From the NCBI GenBank assembly GCA_963731045.1, contig CAVSVC010000018.1, positions 26,496-90,495 of the forward strand: a stretch of DNA of 64,000 nt. Reading direction: 5' to 3'. Made by a program: the position numbers and the translations under genes. Below, piece by piece: positions 16,737 through 28,552 of this stretch (position 1 is its first letter; each line of letters opens with the position of its first letter). The notes beneath the pieces are model-generated. The model made no database searches. It saw only the letters and a list, made by a program, of their open reading frames with translations, and was not told the origin of the DNA. Source of the stretch: an uncultured delta proteobacterium. GTDB lineage: Bacteria; Desulfobacterota; BSN033; UBA1163.

Positions 16737-19715
16737 CTATCCGTTGTCCAAAACCTTCCGGACCTTCAGGCCCAGGGCTGAAGGTGAAAAGGGTTTCTGC
16801 AGAAACTCGACGCCATGGTCCAACGCGCCGTGGTGCACGATGGCATTATCCGTGTACCCCGAAGTGAAGAGTACCTTGATCCCGGGTCGCAGGGTTCGAA
16901 GGCGGTCGGCCAGCTCCCTTCCTCCCATCTGGGGCATGACCACATCGGTGACGAGGATGTGAATTCTTTCCTCCCTGTGATTCTCGGCCAGGAGAAGAGC
17001 CTCGTTGCCATCCGAGGCCTCCAGGACATGGTAACTCTGCTCTCTGAGAACACGGGCGGCGAGGTTGCGCACCGCCTGCTCATCTTCAACCAGGAGGACG
17101 GTCTCATTTCCCCGGGGCACCGAAAGTGTTTCGTATCGTGGAGCAAGGGCGCTCGTCTCTTCCTCAACACGGGGGAGGTAGACCTTGAACACCGATCCGC
17201 GGCCGGGTTCACTGTAGACGAAGATGTTTCCTCCGGTCTGCTTGACAATTCCGTAGACCATGGATAAGCCGAGACCGGTTCCCTTGCCCTTTTCCTTGGT
17301 GGTGAAAAAAGGATCGAAAATCTTTTCCCTCAGTTCAGGGGGCATGCCGACGCCCGTATCACTCACCGAGAACATGACATAGCGGCCCGCGGCCATGCCT
17401 TCATGGCTGCGGACGTAGGCTTCATCCCGCTCCGCATCGGCCGTTTCAACCAGCAGCTTTCCACCGGATGGCATGGCATCTCTGGCATTGACCGCAAGAT
17501 TCATGACAACCTGTTCGATCTGTCCGGGGTCCGCCTTTACCCTTCCAAGGTTCTCTGCCAGCAGGGTTACCAACTCGATATCCTCGCCGATCACGCGATG
17601 GAGCATCTTCTCCATATCTTTCAGAAGACTGTTGAGATCCAGGACTCTCAGTTCCATGATCTGGCGGCGACTGAAGGCCAGGAGTTGCCGTGTCAGATCG
17701 GCGGCCCGTTCTGCCGCTTTCTGGATCGTCTCGATATTTCCTTTCAGGGGATCTTTTTCGTTGAGCTCGGCAAGGGAAAGCTGGCTGTACCCCTTGATGA
17801 TGGTAAGAAGATTGTTGAAATCATGGGCCACGCCCCCTGCGAGCCGGCCGATGGCTTCCATTTTCTGAGACTGGCGAAGCTGCTCCTGAAGGGAAACCAC
17901 CTCCTCCTTCACTCTCTTCCATTCAGTGATATCCTGGACCGCGCAGCGGATTCCCTTGATTTGCCCTTTCTCGTCCGAAATGAGTTTATCTTCGAGCAGA
18001 ACGTGGAGCAGGGTTCCATCCTTCTTTCGGTAGGTTCGTTCGATATTTCGACCCGGGGGCATTGTACCCGCCAGCTTGGCCAGGATCTGTTGACGGGCGA
18101 AGTCCGTCTCCCCGTTAAACTCCCACATGGGCCGGCCGACCATCTCTTCGGCCCCGTATCCGAGCATCCGCTCCTCCGTCCGGTTGACCTTCGTGACGTG
18201 TCCCTCCCCGTCGTACTCGTGATACCCCAGCGGTGCGTTGTCGAAGAGGTCCCTGAATCTCCTCTCGCTCTCCCTCAAGGCCTCTTCCACGCGCTTCCAT
18301 TCCATAAAGAGCTGGGCATTGGCGACCGCCCCGGCGATCTGGGAGGCAATGCCCCCGGCCACCTTCAAATCCTGCTTTGAAAAGCTGTCCGATCGGGTCG
18401 AACGAAAATGAATCGTCCCGATGACTTGATCTTTTGAGATCAGGGGGACAACCATCAGGGATCGAAGTCCGGCCGCATAGCCTTTCAAGAGGGCAGGGAA
18501 GCGATTCCACCATTCCCCTTCCTTTTCGATCCGGACGATGACGCCGGAGCGGGTCCGTATGACCTCTTCGGCGACGGAACCGGACAGAGAGTAACTGTCT
18601 CCCTGGTGACGCCCTTCCACCGAGACCCCCGAGGCATAGGAGAACCTGACGGTGCCCGTTTCGTAGTTGATGAGATTCACGGAGATGCCGTCAAAGGCGA
18701 TGAGTTTCCTCACCTCTGCGGCAAAGCGTTCATAGACCTCTTCAATATCCAGGGTGGAACTGATGATCCGTCCGATTTCGGCCACCGCGGCGTTTTCCCG
18801 GGCAAGGCGCCTCGCTTCCTCCTCGCTTTTTCGCAGGGCCTTTACCGCCCGAACGCGCTCGCCGAAAAGCCGCGCATTTGCGATGGTCCCTGCAATCTGG
18901 GAAGCCACCTTTTCGGCCAGTTTCACGTCTTTTTCCGTGAAAGCCCCTGGTTTGTATGCCCGCAGGAGAAGCACGCCGATGATCTCCCCTTTGGAGATGA
19001 GCGGAACGAACATCAGGGACTTGTGGCCGGCATCGAGGGTGGGGGAAAGGGCGGGAAACTTTCTCTCCCACTCCTGACGATTTTCCATGTCGATGAGGAG
19101 GCTCGACTTTGTCCGAAGGATTTCTGAATTCACGGTGTCGGCAAGGGGAAGGACATTGCCGATCTCTCGACCGGGTATGCCGGTTCCTGAAACGTAGACG
19201 AGGGTGACGGTCCCCTCTTGAATGTTATGGAGACTGACGCCGATGCGGTCGAAGGGGATGAGTTTCCGGACTTCCTGTTCAAACCTTTCGTAGACTTCTC
19301 CGATGTTAAAGGTGGAACTGATGATGCGACCGATCTCCGCAAGGATTGAATTCTCCTTGGCGAGCAGGGTTGCCGCCTCCTCATTCCTCCGGAGCGCCTC
19401 CTCCGAGTCTTTCCTGTCGAGAAGGGCCTGTTCCAGGCGGTCCATGTATCTCTTGATGCCCCGTAACGACAAGGCGGCCAGAAAGGCAAAGATTGTTCCC
19501 GCCATCAGATGTTCCTCGTCGTAAAAGGGGATCTCGGGGTGAAACCACAGGTCCACCAGCGCATTGAGGTGTCCAACGAGCAGGACGACGACGAAGAAGA
19601 GCATACTGCGGGGAGTGATCCCCCAATGTTTGAATCTCGGCAGGGTTTGATTTTGCTTCATGAACAACCCGATGTCTTTCTTCTCCCTAAGAGGGAGGAT
19701 CGTTTCTCGTTTCAA
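16737..19715 (-). CDS. Hybrid sensor histidine kinase (TM-GAF-GAF-PAS-HisKA-HATPase-REC)
   Basis: 992-aa intact [19 protein letters not shown]-box, C-terminal receiver. The listed start is a TTG overlapping the upstream stop; an ATG at 19661 is an alternative. Confidence 0.92.
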   Translation of the reverse strand: MKRETILPLREKKDIGLFMKQNQTLPRFKHWGITPRSMLFFVVVLLVGHLNALVDLWFHPEIPFYDEEHLMAGTIFAFLAALSLRGIKRYMDRLEQALLDRKDSEEALRRNEEAATLLAKENSILAEIGRIISSTFNIGEVYERFEQEVRKLIPFDRIGVSLHNIQEGTVTLVYVSGTGIPGREIGNVLPLADTVNSEILRTKSSLLIDMENRQEWERKFPALSPTLDAGHKSLMFVPLISKGEIIGVLLLRAYKPGAFTEKDVKLAEKVASQIAGTIANARLFGERVRAVKALRKSEEEARRLARENAAVAEIGRIISSTLDIEEVYERFAAEVRKLIAFDGISVNLINYETGTVRFSYASGVSVEGRHQGDSYSLSGSVAEEVIRTRSGVIVRIEKEGEWWNRFPALLKGYAAGLRSLMVVPLISKDQVIGTIHFRSTRSDSFSKQDLKVAGGIASQIAGAVANAQLFMEWKRVEEALRESERRFRDLFDNAPLGYHEYDGEGHVTKVNRTEERMLGYGAEEMVGRPMWEFNGETDFARQQILAKLAGTMPPGRNIERTYRKKDGTLLHVLLEDKLISDEKGQIKGIRCAVQDITEWKRVKEEVVSLQEQLRQSQKMEAIGRLAGGVAHDFNNLLTIIKGYSQLSLAELNEKDPLKGNIETIQKAAERAADLTRQLLAFSRRQIMELRVLDLNSLLKDMEKMLHRVIGEDIELVTLLAENLGRVKADPGQIEQVVMNLAVNARDAMPSGGKLLVETADAERDEAYVRSHEGMAAGRYVMFSVSDTGVGMPPELREKIFDPFFTTKEKGKGTGLGLSMVYGIVKQTGGNIFVYSEPGRGSVFKVYLPRVEEETSALAPRYETLSVPRGNETVLLVEDEQAVRNLAARVLREQSYHVLEASDGNEALLLAENHREERIHILVTDVVMPQMGGRELADRLRTLRPGIKVLFTSGYTDNAIVHHGALDHGVEFLQKPFSPSALGLKVRKVLDNG

Positions 19716-21705
19716 CCGACCTGGTCAAGGATTTCCCGTACTTTACGAATCAAGGTCGCCGGAGAAAAAGGTTTCTGCAGGAATTCAATGCCCTGGTCCA
19801 CGACTCCCTGCTGTAGAATGGCGTTTTCCGTGTATCCGGAGATATAGAGTACCTTCATCTGCGGACAGAACGAGAGCAGTTGTTGCGCGAGTTCGCTGCC
19901 GCTCATTCCAGGCATGACCACATCGGTGACCATGATCCGGAGGGGAGGCTCCAACTGTCGACATAAAGCGAGTGCTTCTTCCCCGCCGGTGGCTTCGAAA
20001 ACCTGATAGCCCTGCTTTCGAAGAACGGTCAGGGCCAGCGTTCGAACTTTCTCCTCATCCTCCACGACCAAGACCGTCTCGTTCCCCGTAGGAAGCATCT
20101 CCTCCGTTTCGTTTTCCCTGCACTCCTCCTGAGGGGTGTCTATTTCAGGGAAGTGGATGACGATCCTGGTTCCACACCCGGGTTCACTCTCCACGCTGAC
20201 GGCTCCACCGCTCTGATGGACGATGCCGTAAACCATGGAAAGTCCCAACCCCGTTCCCTTTCCCACTTCCTTTGTTGTAAAAAAGGGTTCAAAGAGATGT
20301 TCCAGGGCCTCAGACGTCAATCCCGTACCCGTATCGTTGACCTCAAGACACACATACCTTCCGGGCGTTATTCCGAGCTGAGACCAGGCGTGGGCCTCGT
20401 TCGGTTTCACGTTTTTTGTCCGAATGGTTAACCGTCCCCCGGAGGGCATGGCATCCCGTGCGTTCACCAGGAGATTCATGATGATCTGTTCGAGGTGACC
20501 CACATCGCACTTCACTTTTCCCAGATCTTCGGCCAATTGGGTCACCAGTTCGATGTCTTCCCCGATGATGCGGCGCAGGATCTTTTCCAGGTCTTTGATG
20601 ACCCCATTGAGGTCGAGAACCCTCATATCCAGAATTTGCCGCCGGCTGAATGCAAGCAATTGGCGGGTCAAATCGGCAGCCCGGTCTGCCGCCTTCTGAA
20701 TCTCGGCGGCGTTTTCCCTCAAGTGTATTGTTCTCCACACCCTCCATCAGAGAAAGTTGGCTATAGCCCTTGATGACGGTGAGAAGGTTATTGAAGTCGT
20801 GGGCGATCCCGCCGGCGAGTCGGCCGATGGCCCCCAATTTCTGAGACTGACGAAGTTGTTCCTGAAGGGCCTGCATCTCTTTTCCCGAGTGCTTCCGGTC
20901 GGTGATGTCCTGAAAGCTCCCTTCGTAGTATTGAACTTTTCCCTCCGCGTCTCTGACGACCCGGGCATTTTCCTCCACCCAGAGAATGGATCCGTCACGG
21001 CGGAGCAGGTGTTTTTCAAAGTTCCTCACGACCCCTTCACGATCAATGAGGTGTTGCCACCGAGCGGAGATCTCCGGGGTGACATAGGTTTCATTCATAT
21101 TGATCGCCATGAGAGACTTGGAATCCGGATAGCCCAGCATCTGCAGCGAGAGCCGGGTTGGCGTCCAGGATCTGTCCGGAAGGGGCAATGCGGTAGAGGC
21201 CCACCGGGACGCCGTCAAACAGAGCCCCGTAGCGGACCTCGCTTTCCCACCGGGTGTTTTCAGTCCGTTTTCGCGCCATGGCGTAAAGGATCGTCCGCTT
21301 GAGGAGATGGCTGTCCACCCGCGTTCTGGCCAGATAGTCTTGAGCCCCCTCCTGAATGGCACGCAAGGCCAACGCGTCATCGTCGAGGCCTGCCAGAATG
21401 ACCACGGGCAGATGCGGCGCGGCCAGGCGCACCTGCGCGAGAGTATTCCATCTCTCCCCATCCGGCGACGAGAGACCGAACAATATGACGTCATGGGCCT
21501 TCCGGGCGAGCCGAAGCAACCCTTCGCTAATTCGTTCCACGTGATGCAATCTGAACGGGTCTGCGTCTGAGCCGGCAAAGCCGGCGAACATCTCTTTTAT
21601 TGACCCGGCCTCTTCAGGGTCCTCTTCGATCAGAAGCAAACGGATGAGGCCGGTCTCTGTGTGGGAAACGTCAGATGGCATCACCGTTGGGCCTGAGTCA
21701 GGCAT
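19712..21705 (-). pseudogene. Hybrid histidine kinase (atypical REC-PAS-HisKA-HATPase-REC), two frame breaks as assembled
   Basis: Pieces 21091..21750, 20343..21578 (only about 20720-21150 is meaningful) and 19712..20740 join collinearly, with breaks near 21150 and 20715. ATG at 21705 follows AGGAGG. The N-terminal receiver reads [12 protein letters not shown], so Gly appears to sit where the phospho-Asp is expected. Confidence 0.8.
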
Positions 21706-21749
21706 CCCCCCTCCTTTCATGCCTTCGAGGCAAGTGTTTGAATGGCACA

Positions 21750-24700
21750 TCAGCCACCTTCCCGGTCCAGCACTTCCCGTACCTTCTGGGCCAATGCGGA
21801 AGGTGAAAAAGGCTTCTGCAAAAATTCAATGCCGGGATCCAGCACGCCCGTGGTGCACGATGGCATTATCCGTATATCCGGACATGTAGAGCACCTTCAT
21901 ATCCGGCCGGATGATTTTCATCCGGTCGGCCAACTCCCTGCCTCCCATCTGAGGCATGACCACGTCTGTGACAAGAAGATGAATTGTTTCCCCTGAATGT
22001 TCTTGAGCCAGCGAGAAAGCCCTGTGACCGTCAGGGGCTTCCAGCACATCGTAACCCTGCCGTCTCAGGATGCCGGCAGCAAGGTCCCGCACCGATGTCT
22101 CGTCTTCGGCAAGGAGTACCGTCTCGGTTCCGCAGGGCATGGGCAGCGCTTCGCCCCGCCGAACCAGCGGATCCGTCTCTTCTTCCGCCCTCGGGAGGTA
22201 GACCTTGAATACCGATCCCTGCCCCGGTTCACTGTAAACGGACACGCTTCCTCCGCTCTGTTTCACAATCCCATAGACCGTCGCCAAACCCAGCCCGGTT
22301 CCCTTGCCCATCTCTTTTGTGGTGAAAAAGGGATCGAAGATCCGCTCCCTGACTTCCGGACTCATCCCCACACCCGTATCGCTCACTGAAAGCATCACAT
22401 AGCGACCGGCTGCCATCCTGTCGTGGCCGGATGCACAGGCTTCGTCCATCTCCACGTTGGCCGTCTCGATCGTCAGCTTTCCGCCGGAAGGCATTGCATC
22501 CCTGGCATTGAGCGCAAGGTTCAGAATGACCTGTTCGATCTGTCCGGGATCGGTCCTGGTTCTGCCGAGGTCTATCCGCCTTGGAGGTCACAAGCTCGAT
22601 GTCTTCACCGATCACCCGATGTAACATCTTCTCCATGTCTCCCAAGAGCGTGTTCAGGCCCAGCACCTTCAGTTCCATGATCTGACGACGACTGAAGGCA
22701 AGGAGTTGGTGGGTCAGGTCGGCCGCCCTTTCCGAGGCTTTCTGAATGATCCCGATGTTTTCCTTCAAGGGGTCGCCTTCATGGAGTTCCATGAGAGAGA
22801 GCTGACTGTATCCCTTGATGATCGTCAGGAGGTTGTTGAAGTCATGGGCGATGCCCCCTGCAAGCCGGCCGATCGCCTCCATCTTCTGCGACTGGCGAAG
22901 CTGCTCCTGAAGGGAGGCCACTTCCTCCTTGGTCTTCTTCCACTGAGTGATATCCTGAATCGTGCAGCGGATCCCCTTGATCTTCCCGTTCTCGTCCAGG
23001 ATGAGTCTGTCCTCAATCAGAACCTGGAAGGTGGTCCCATCCTTTCTTCGGTAACTCCGCTCAAGATTGCGACCCGGGGGCGACGCGCCCGTGAGCTTCG
23101 CCAAGACTTTCTGGCGAGCGTCTTCCTCTTCGGCGTTAAACTTCCATACAAACTGTCCGATCATTTCTTCCGCGGAGAACCCGAGCATCTCTTCATCGGT
23201 ATGATTGACCTTCGTAATGCGTCCTTCGAGGTCATACTCGTGGTACCCCAGCGGCGCATGGTCGTACAGATCCTTGAATCTGGCCTCGCTCTCTCTCAAC
23301 GCACTCTTCCGTCCTCTTTTGCTCGGCAAAAAGCAGGGCGTTTGCAAGGGCACCTGCAATCTGATTCCCGACCTTTTGAGCGAGCTCCAAATCTTTTTCC
23401 GAATAGGGATTTGCCTCTTTCGACCGGAAATGGAGCGTTCCTAATACCTGATCTTTGGAGATGAGAGGAACTGCCATGAGCGATCGAAGCCCGCATGAAA
23501 AAGAAGGCAAGAGGCCGGGAAACCTGCCCGCTATCTCGTCTGGGTTTTGTGCGTCGATGATCAAACCCGATTTTGAGCATATGACCTCTCCGGACAGGGT
23601 GCCGGTGATTGGAATGACATCCCCCGGAGAACGCTCCTGGATCTCAACACCGGAGGAGTAGGCAATCGTCACCGTGTGACGACCCGGATCCGTAACATTA
23701 ATCGCAATGCGGTCAGAGGGAATGATCTTCTGAACTTCTTCGGCAAAGCGGTCGTAGACCTCCTCGATGTTCAGGGTTGAACTGATGATGCGCCCAATCT
23801 CGGCGATGATCGCATTCTCTTCAGCCAGACGCTTCGATGCCTCTTCGCTCTTTGTCAGGGCCTCTTCCGCCCGCTTTCGTTCCAGTCCGTTGACGAAGAT
23901 ATTTCCCACGATTCTCAACAGGCTGATCGTGTCTTCGGACCAGGATCTTTCGGCCTTCACCGCATCGAACCCGAGGAAGCCGATCAGCGAATCGACACGG
24001 ATCATCGGAACGACGATCAGGGATTGGATTCCTTGTCTCCTGGAATTCCTCTTTCTCGGCAATGGCGTCGGCGGGGAGGTCGGTTACCCGGGGGGCATAG
24101 AAAACCTCTTTGCCCTTGATGATCCGGGAGAACCAGGGCAGTTCTTCATCTACGGAAATTCCCTGAAGTCGCCGGATCTGGGGTTTTACACCCGGAGCAC
24201 ACCATTCATGGGTGTTATCCATCTTCTTCCCGTTCTCGGAAAACAGAAAGACATAGCTGCGGTCCGCCCCGACGAACTCTCCGACGGTCTCTAAAGCTCT
24301 TTGTATTTCGGGATCGATTTCCCCGGGGGCCAGGCTGATGAAACGGGTCGATAACGTGGTGATGATTTTTTCGAATTCAACCCGATAGTGCAGGGCCTCC
24401 TCTGCAGCCTTGCGCTCTGTGATATCCTCGCAGGTGACAAGGTACTCCCCTGTCTCCAGTTCCACGGAAGTGAAGTTGATGATCCTCTTCGTCCCGTCTT
24501 TGCACGTGGCCGTAAAAACTCTGGGTATTTCTTTTCCGGCGTCGATATGACCCAGATCCTCGGCCCAGGTTGAAACCACCTTGTGGCGATATTCCGGATC
24601 GGGAAAGGCCTTCCTGAACCAGGTTCTGCCATCGGGAACGTCGTCGAGGGAATAGCCGAAGAGCTGTTTGAATCTGGCGTTGAGGCACTGAAACCTTCCC

Positions 24701-24886
24701 TCTCGGTCGACCATGACCATCGCGAAGGGGACGTGTTCGTACAAGGTCTGGAACCTGTCCGTTCCCGGAACTGAAGCACCCTTTCGCCGCTCGTCCGTTT
24801 TTTGGACAGAGAGGGTCTTTCGGGGAAGGGCCTCCGCGGATCTCTCTTCTCCGATTCAGGTTGTTGATACCGCCTCTTTTGGACAT
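21750..24886 (-). pseudogene. Hybrid histidine kinase (PAS-GAF-GAF-PAS-HisKA-HATPase-REC), at least five frame breaks as assembled
   Basis: The ATG at 24886 (GGAGGAG 7 nt upstream) opens MSKRGGINNL. Pieces 23821..24744, 23232..24062, 22229..23359 and 21826..22494, plus the tail [31 protein letters not shown] ending at 21750, are collinear with the intact paralog at 16737..19715. Breaks are near 24800, 24040, 23300, 22575 and 21845. Confidence 0.8.
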
Positions 24887-24916
24887 ACGACGACTCCTCC
24901 AGGCAGAGGTGAAATT

Positions 24917-24932
24917 AGCAAGATTTGTTCCA
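24917..24932 (-). promoter_or_regulatory. Sigma-54-type promoter (TGGAAC-N5-TTGCT)
   Basis: The minus strand reads TGGAACAAATCTTGCT with GG and GC 12 nt apart. It lies about 30 nt upstream of the ATG at 24886, in an AT-richer 600-nt intergenic region. Confidence 0.45.
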
Positions 24933-25486
24933 GAATGTCTCAAATCTGCATTCTAACGATCAGATGTATCTCTAAACGCTCAATTCTTAATTGGATTTTA
25001 AATATCATGAGATGTGTAAAGAGAAGGAAACCCGGCAAAAATGGAACCCCTCAGGTGGATAATCCATGAAAAAACTGCCAAAAAAGTGACAATTCTGCAC
25101 TCTTGGGGACAGAAAACAAGGGTGTGGTGCGGGACAACGGACGGAATAGCGGAATGGCGGGTGTGCTAAGTACGCGAATGAAGAAGCGGCCGAGTAGAAA
25201 GTTTCCGATATAGACCGGATCGTGCCAGTTTCCTGCAAAATCATGCAGACAGCGCAAGGTGCGTTATAGCCTGCAGAGACCTGCTCGGGAAAATGCCCTT
25301 CAGCAACTTGCGCCGTCGAACGGCCCCACCTTTAGGCGGCGAGCATTGCACGTCGTCGCAGCTTCGGACATGAAATCCAGTCTTCTGCGGATGCGAAGGT
25401 TTGAAGCGTGTCTTGCGATCGCCGGGGAGGCGTCGGAAGGAAACCGACACTGATGACGAACAATGAATTGGATTCTCAGCAGCCTG

Positions 25487-25933
25487 CTAAGCCTTCAGTT
25501 TTTCCTGGAGAGCCTTTGTAAACTCTTGCTCGACCTGTTTTGCCTTGGCGCGCATGATCCTGTCACCAAACATGGCCAGTTTGCCGACGATGCTCACATC
25601 CGTTTTGTATCTGATCTCCACTTCCCCGGGTTTGACCTCTTTGAGGTCCACAACGCTCTTCTGCTTAAAGTGACCGAGTTTCGTGACATCTTCACCGGCC
25701 CCCTCGATCTCGATGTGGGTGGGCCGTTCGACTTTGGTCAATTTGTTCACGAACTTCAGCTTCGCCGAGATGGGACCGACTTTCTGCTTTACGACGCACT
25801 CGTAGGTGGTTTCGTCGATCAGCTTCACGGATTCCGCTCCGGGGAGACACGTCATGATGGTCTCCGGTTTGAGCAGCGTCTCAAATAATTGGTCTATCGG
25901 TGCGTTTAAGGTAAATCCTCCTTCTATGATCAT
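25487..25933 (-). CDS. coxG: CoxG-like SRPBCC protein (carbon monoxide dehydrogenase subunit G family)
   Basis: 148 aa. Family-typical pattern (LLKPETIMTCLPGAESVKLIDETTYECVVKQKVGPISAKLKF). Confidence 0.8.
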   Translation of the reverse strand: MIIEGGFTLNAPIDQLFETLLKPETIMTCLPGAESVKLIDETTYECVVKQKVGPISAKLKFVNKLTKVERPTHIEIEGAGEDVTKLGHFKQKSVVDLKEVKPGEVEIRYKTDVSIVGKLAMFGDRIMRAKAKQVEQEFTKALQEKLKA

Positions 25934-25950
25934 AAATCCCCCTTTTCTAC

Positions 25951-26016
25951 GGTGGGTGATCCGTGTCAGTGGTTCGTGTCAGTCAAGAAGTTGACAGAGG
26001 CAGACACCCATCACAG
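25951..26016. repeat. Intercistronic GTGTCAGT-word element, copy 2
   Basis: ATCCGTGTCAGTGGTTCGTGTCAGTC closely resembles ATCGTGTCAGTGTTTCGTGTCGGTGTCAGT at 12639-12668, with a partial inverted partner GACACCCATCAC. Confidence 0.6.
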
Positions 26017-26027
26017 ATTCAATCTCT

Positions 26028-26255
26028 TCACACTTTATTCTGGTTCTTTTCGATGATCTCCGCCAGGGTGATATAGCTTTTATTCCCCGGTGTGGTGGCC
26101 TGTTCGATCAAAAGGTCGATGAAGGATAACCCCTGCGCTTCGACCCATGCCCTGTGCTGCTTGTCCCCGGTCCCGAACATGTGTCTGGCGCAATCGATGG
26201 CGCTCCCTGTTTTTGCCTGTTTCCCGCAGACAGGACACTTCACTGGCTGACTCAT
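26028..26255 (-). CDS. Small Zn-ribbon-like protein of unknown function
   Basis: 75 aa. CPVCGK...C..H motif. Sits between the Mo-enzyme large subunit and coxG on the same strand. Confidence 0.5.
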   Translation of the reverse strand: MSQPVKCPVCGKQAKTGSAIDCARHMFGTGDKQHRAWVEAQGLSFIDLLIEQATTPGNKSYITLAEIIEKNQNKV

Positions 26256-26279
26256 GCTGCCCTCCTTAATCGTCTCTTT

Positions 26280-28550
26280 CTATTTTTCCTTCTCCTTCAG
26301 AGCGTTCACGATCATTTCGGGCCGGATCGGACATTCCTTCATCTGTACGCCCATAGCGTGGAAAATGGCATTTCCGATGGCCGCAGCGGTCGGGTTTGTC
26401 AGACCTTCGCCGGCCTCTTTGGCGCCGTAAGGTCCTTCCGGCTCATAGGTATCAATCTCGGCAACGGACACCTGGGGCATTTCGGTTGCCCGGATGACCT
26501 TGTAGTCCACCAGGTTCGGGTTCATCAGCTTGCCATCCTCAAAGGGCATGTGCTCCAGGTAGCCGTAACCGGCAGCCATGGAGAAGGCCCCCTCGAGCTG
26601 ACCCATGAGACCGAGAGGGTTGATGGGTTGACCGCAGTCGTGGGCGGTGAGGCTGTCGATGAGCTTGATCTTCCCCGTCTCTCTGTCGATCTCCACCTCC
26701 ACGGCCTGCAGCATATAGCTGTAGGCGGGGGAGATCATGCCTTTTCTGTGCGGTGTATAATGGCCCCTGCCGATGATCCTTTGACCATCCTTGCCGCGGA
26801 GAGCCTTCTTGACCAGATCAAGGTAGTCCACCCCCCTTTCCGGGCGGGAAACGCTGTGGACCCATCTGTTTTTGATATCCAGGTCATAGATGATATTCAA
26901 TCCCGACTGTGCGTAAGCGAATTCCAGAAGCTGCTTTTTCGCATCTTCAGCCGCCATCTTGACGGCATTGCCTCCCATGAGGGTCTGCCTGGAGCCCCAT
27001 GCACCGAGGTCGGCCGGGCTGTGGTCCGTGTCGCCCGAGTGGACCTTGATGTCCTCCATCTTGACCCCGAGGGTCTCTGCGCAGATGATGGCCAGCGTGG
27101 TATTGGAACCCTGACCGATATCCTGAGCCCCCACGTGCAGTTCCACGGTTCCATCGTAATTGATCGTGACCACCGCCGAAGAGAAGGAATAGGGGGTGTC
27201 GAACCAGTTGAAGATTCCGCCGGACATGAAGCCGCACGCGGAGACTCCGATGGATCTGTTGGCGGGCAATTTCCCCTTGGCCTTGATCCACTGCTGGATT
27301 TTGTCGAAGCACTGATCCAGGCCGCAACTGGCGATTGTTGCCTGGCCGGGGACTTCATAACCGGGGGTATGACCATTCTTCCGTCTCATCTCGATCGGGT
27401 CGAGGCCCAGATCGGCGGCGATCCATTCAATCTGCTGTTCGGAGCAGAACATCGCCTGGGGAGCGCCGAACCCCCGCATGGAGGTGGTCGGAAGGGTGTT
27501 CGTGTAGACCCTGTAGCCGTCATAGCGGTACCCTTTCCACTTGTACGGGAAGGAATGAAAGAACCCCGTAAGGTAAAGGGCCGTTGCGCCCATGCCGGTG
27601 TAGGCGCCGCCGTTCGTGAAGACCTTGGCTTCCCGGGCGCAGAAGGTCCCGTCCTTTTTGACACCGGTCCGGACATAATAGTACATGGGGGTCCGACGTT
27701 TGGTCGCGATGAAGTCCTCTTCTCTTGTGAAAACGATCTTGACCGGTCTGAAGAGCTTCATGGAGAGCACGGCGCTGCAGAAGAGGGCCGCGTCGAGTTC
27801 GAACTTTCCGCCGAAACCGCCTCCCACATAGTGGGAGATGACACGGATGTTTCCCTCTTTGAGACCGAGCACGCCGGCGAGGAGGCCCTGCATGTAATAG
27901 GGGGCCTGATTGGAGTGGTAGACCAGGAGTTTTCCATCGGGCGTGTAGCTCGAAACGGCCGCGCGGGTCTCCATGCACATGTGCGCCTGGCCACCCACCC
28001 GGAACCAGTCTTCCCGGACATGCTCCGCCTCTTCGAAGGCCGCCTCCACATCGCCCCACTCGATATGCCGGGTGACATTGATATTCCGCTCGAAGCCTTC
28101 ATGGATTTCGGGCGCCTCTTTCTTGATCGCATCGAGGGGCTCATAGACCGCAGGAAGCACTTCGTATTCGACATCGATCAGGTCCAGGGCCTGCTCCGCG
28201 ATCTCCTCGGTCAGTGCGGCGACGGCCGCAACCGGTTCACCGATGTAACGGACCTTTTCCAGGGTGAGCAGCTGCTCATCGCAGAGATCCTGGAAGCGCC
28301 GCCAGATTCCCTGCTTCACCCCCAGGGTGTCTTTTCCCGTCACCACTCCGATGACCCCGGGAAACTCGAGTGCCCTGCTGGCATCGATGCTCAGGATTTT
28401 CGCGTGAGGGTGCGGGCTTCGGAGGATTTTGCCATAGAGCATGCCGGGCAGTTTCACATCGAAGGTGTAGGTCGCCCTGCCGGTCACCTTCGCGATTCCG
28501 TCCAGGTTGTGAACGTGAGTATTGATCACAGAATACTTGTTCGTGGTCAT
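26280..28550 (-). CDS. Molybdopterin-binding large subunit, xanthine dehydrogenase/aldehyde oxidase/CoxL family
   Basis: 756 aa. Family signatures (GKILRSPHPHAKI, GGGFGGK, GQGSNT, EAGEG). Substrate cannot be assigned from sequence alone. Confidence 0.9.
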   Translation of the reverse strand: MTTNKYSVINTHVHNLDGIAKVTGRATYTFDVKLPGMLYGKILRSPHPHAKILSIDASRALEFPGVIGVVTGKDTLGVKQGIWRRFQDLCDEQLLTLEKVRYIGEPVAAVAALTEEIAEQALDLIDVEYEVLPAVYEPLDAIKKEAPEIHEGFERNINVTRHIEWGDVEAAFEEAEHVREDWFRVGGQAHMCMETRAAVSSYTPDGKLLVYHSNQAPYYMQGLLAGVLGLKEGNIRVISHYVGGGFGGKFELDAALFCSAVLSMKLFRPVKIVFTREEDFIATKRRTPMYYYVRTGVKKDGTFCAREAKVFTNGGAYTGMGATALYLTGFFHSFPYKWKGYRYDGYRVYTNTLPTTSMRGFGAPQAMFCSEQQIEWIAADLGLDPIEMRRKNGHTPGYEVPGQATIASCGLDQCFDKIQQWIKAKGKLPANRSIGVSACGFMSGGIFNWFDTPYSFSSAVVTINYDGTVELHVGAQDIGQGSNTTLAIICAETLGVKMEDIKVHSGDTDHSPADLGAWGSRQTLMGGNAVKMAAEDAKKQLLEFAYAQSGLNIIYDLDIKNRWVHSVSRPERGVDYLDLVKKALRGKDGQRIIGRGHYTPHRKGMISPAYSYMLQAVEVEIDRETGKIKLIDSLTAHDCGQPINPLGLMGQLEGAFSMAAGYGYLEHMPFEDGKLMNPNLVDYKVIRATEMPQVSVAEIDTYEPEGPYGAKEAGEGLTNPTAAAIGNAIFHAMGVQMKECPIRPEMIVNALKEKEK

Positions 28551-28552
28551 GG

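Noticed and set aside
25216-25240. GTGCCA...TGCAAA as a sigma-54 promoter
   Set aside because: The elements are in the wrong order and spacing for either strand. On the minus strand TGGCAC is followed by GATCCGGTC rather than N5-TTGC.
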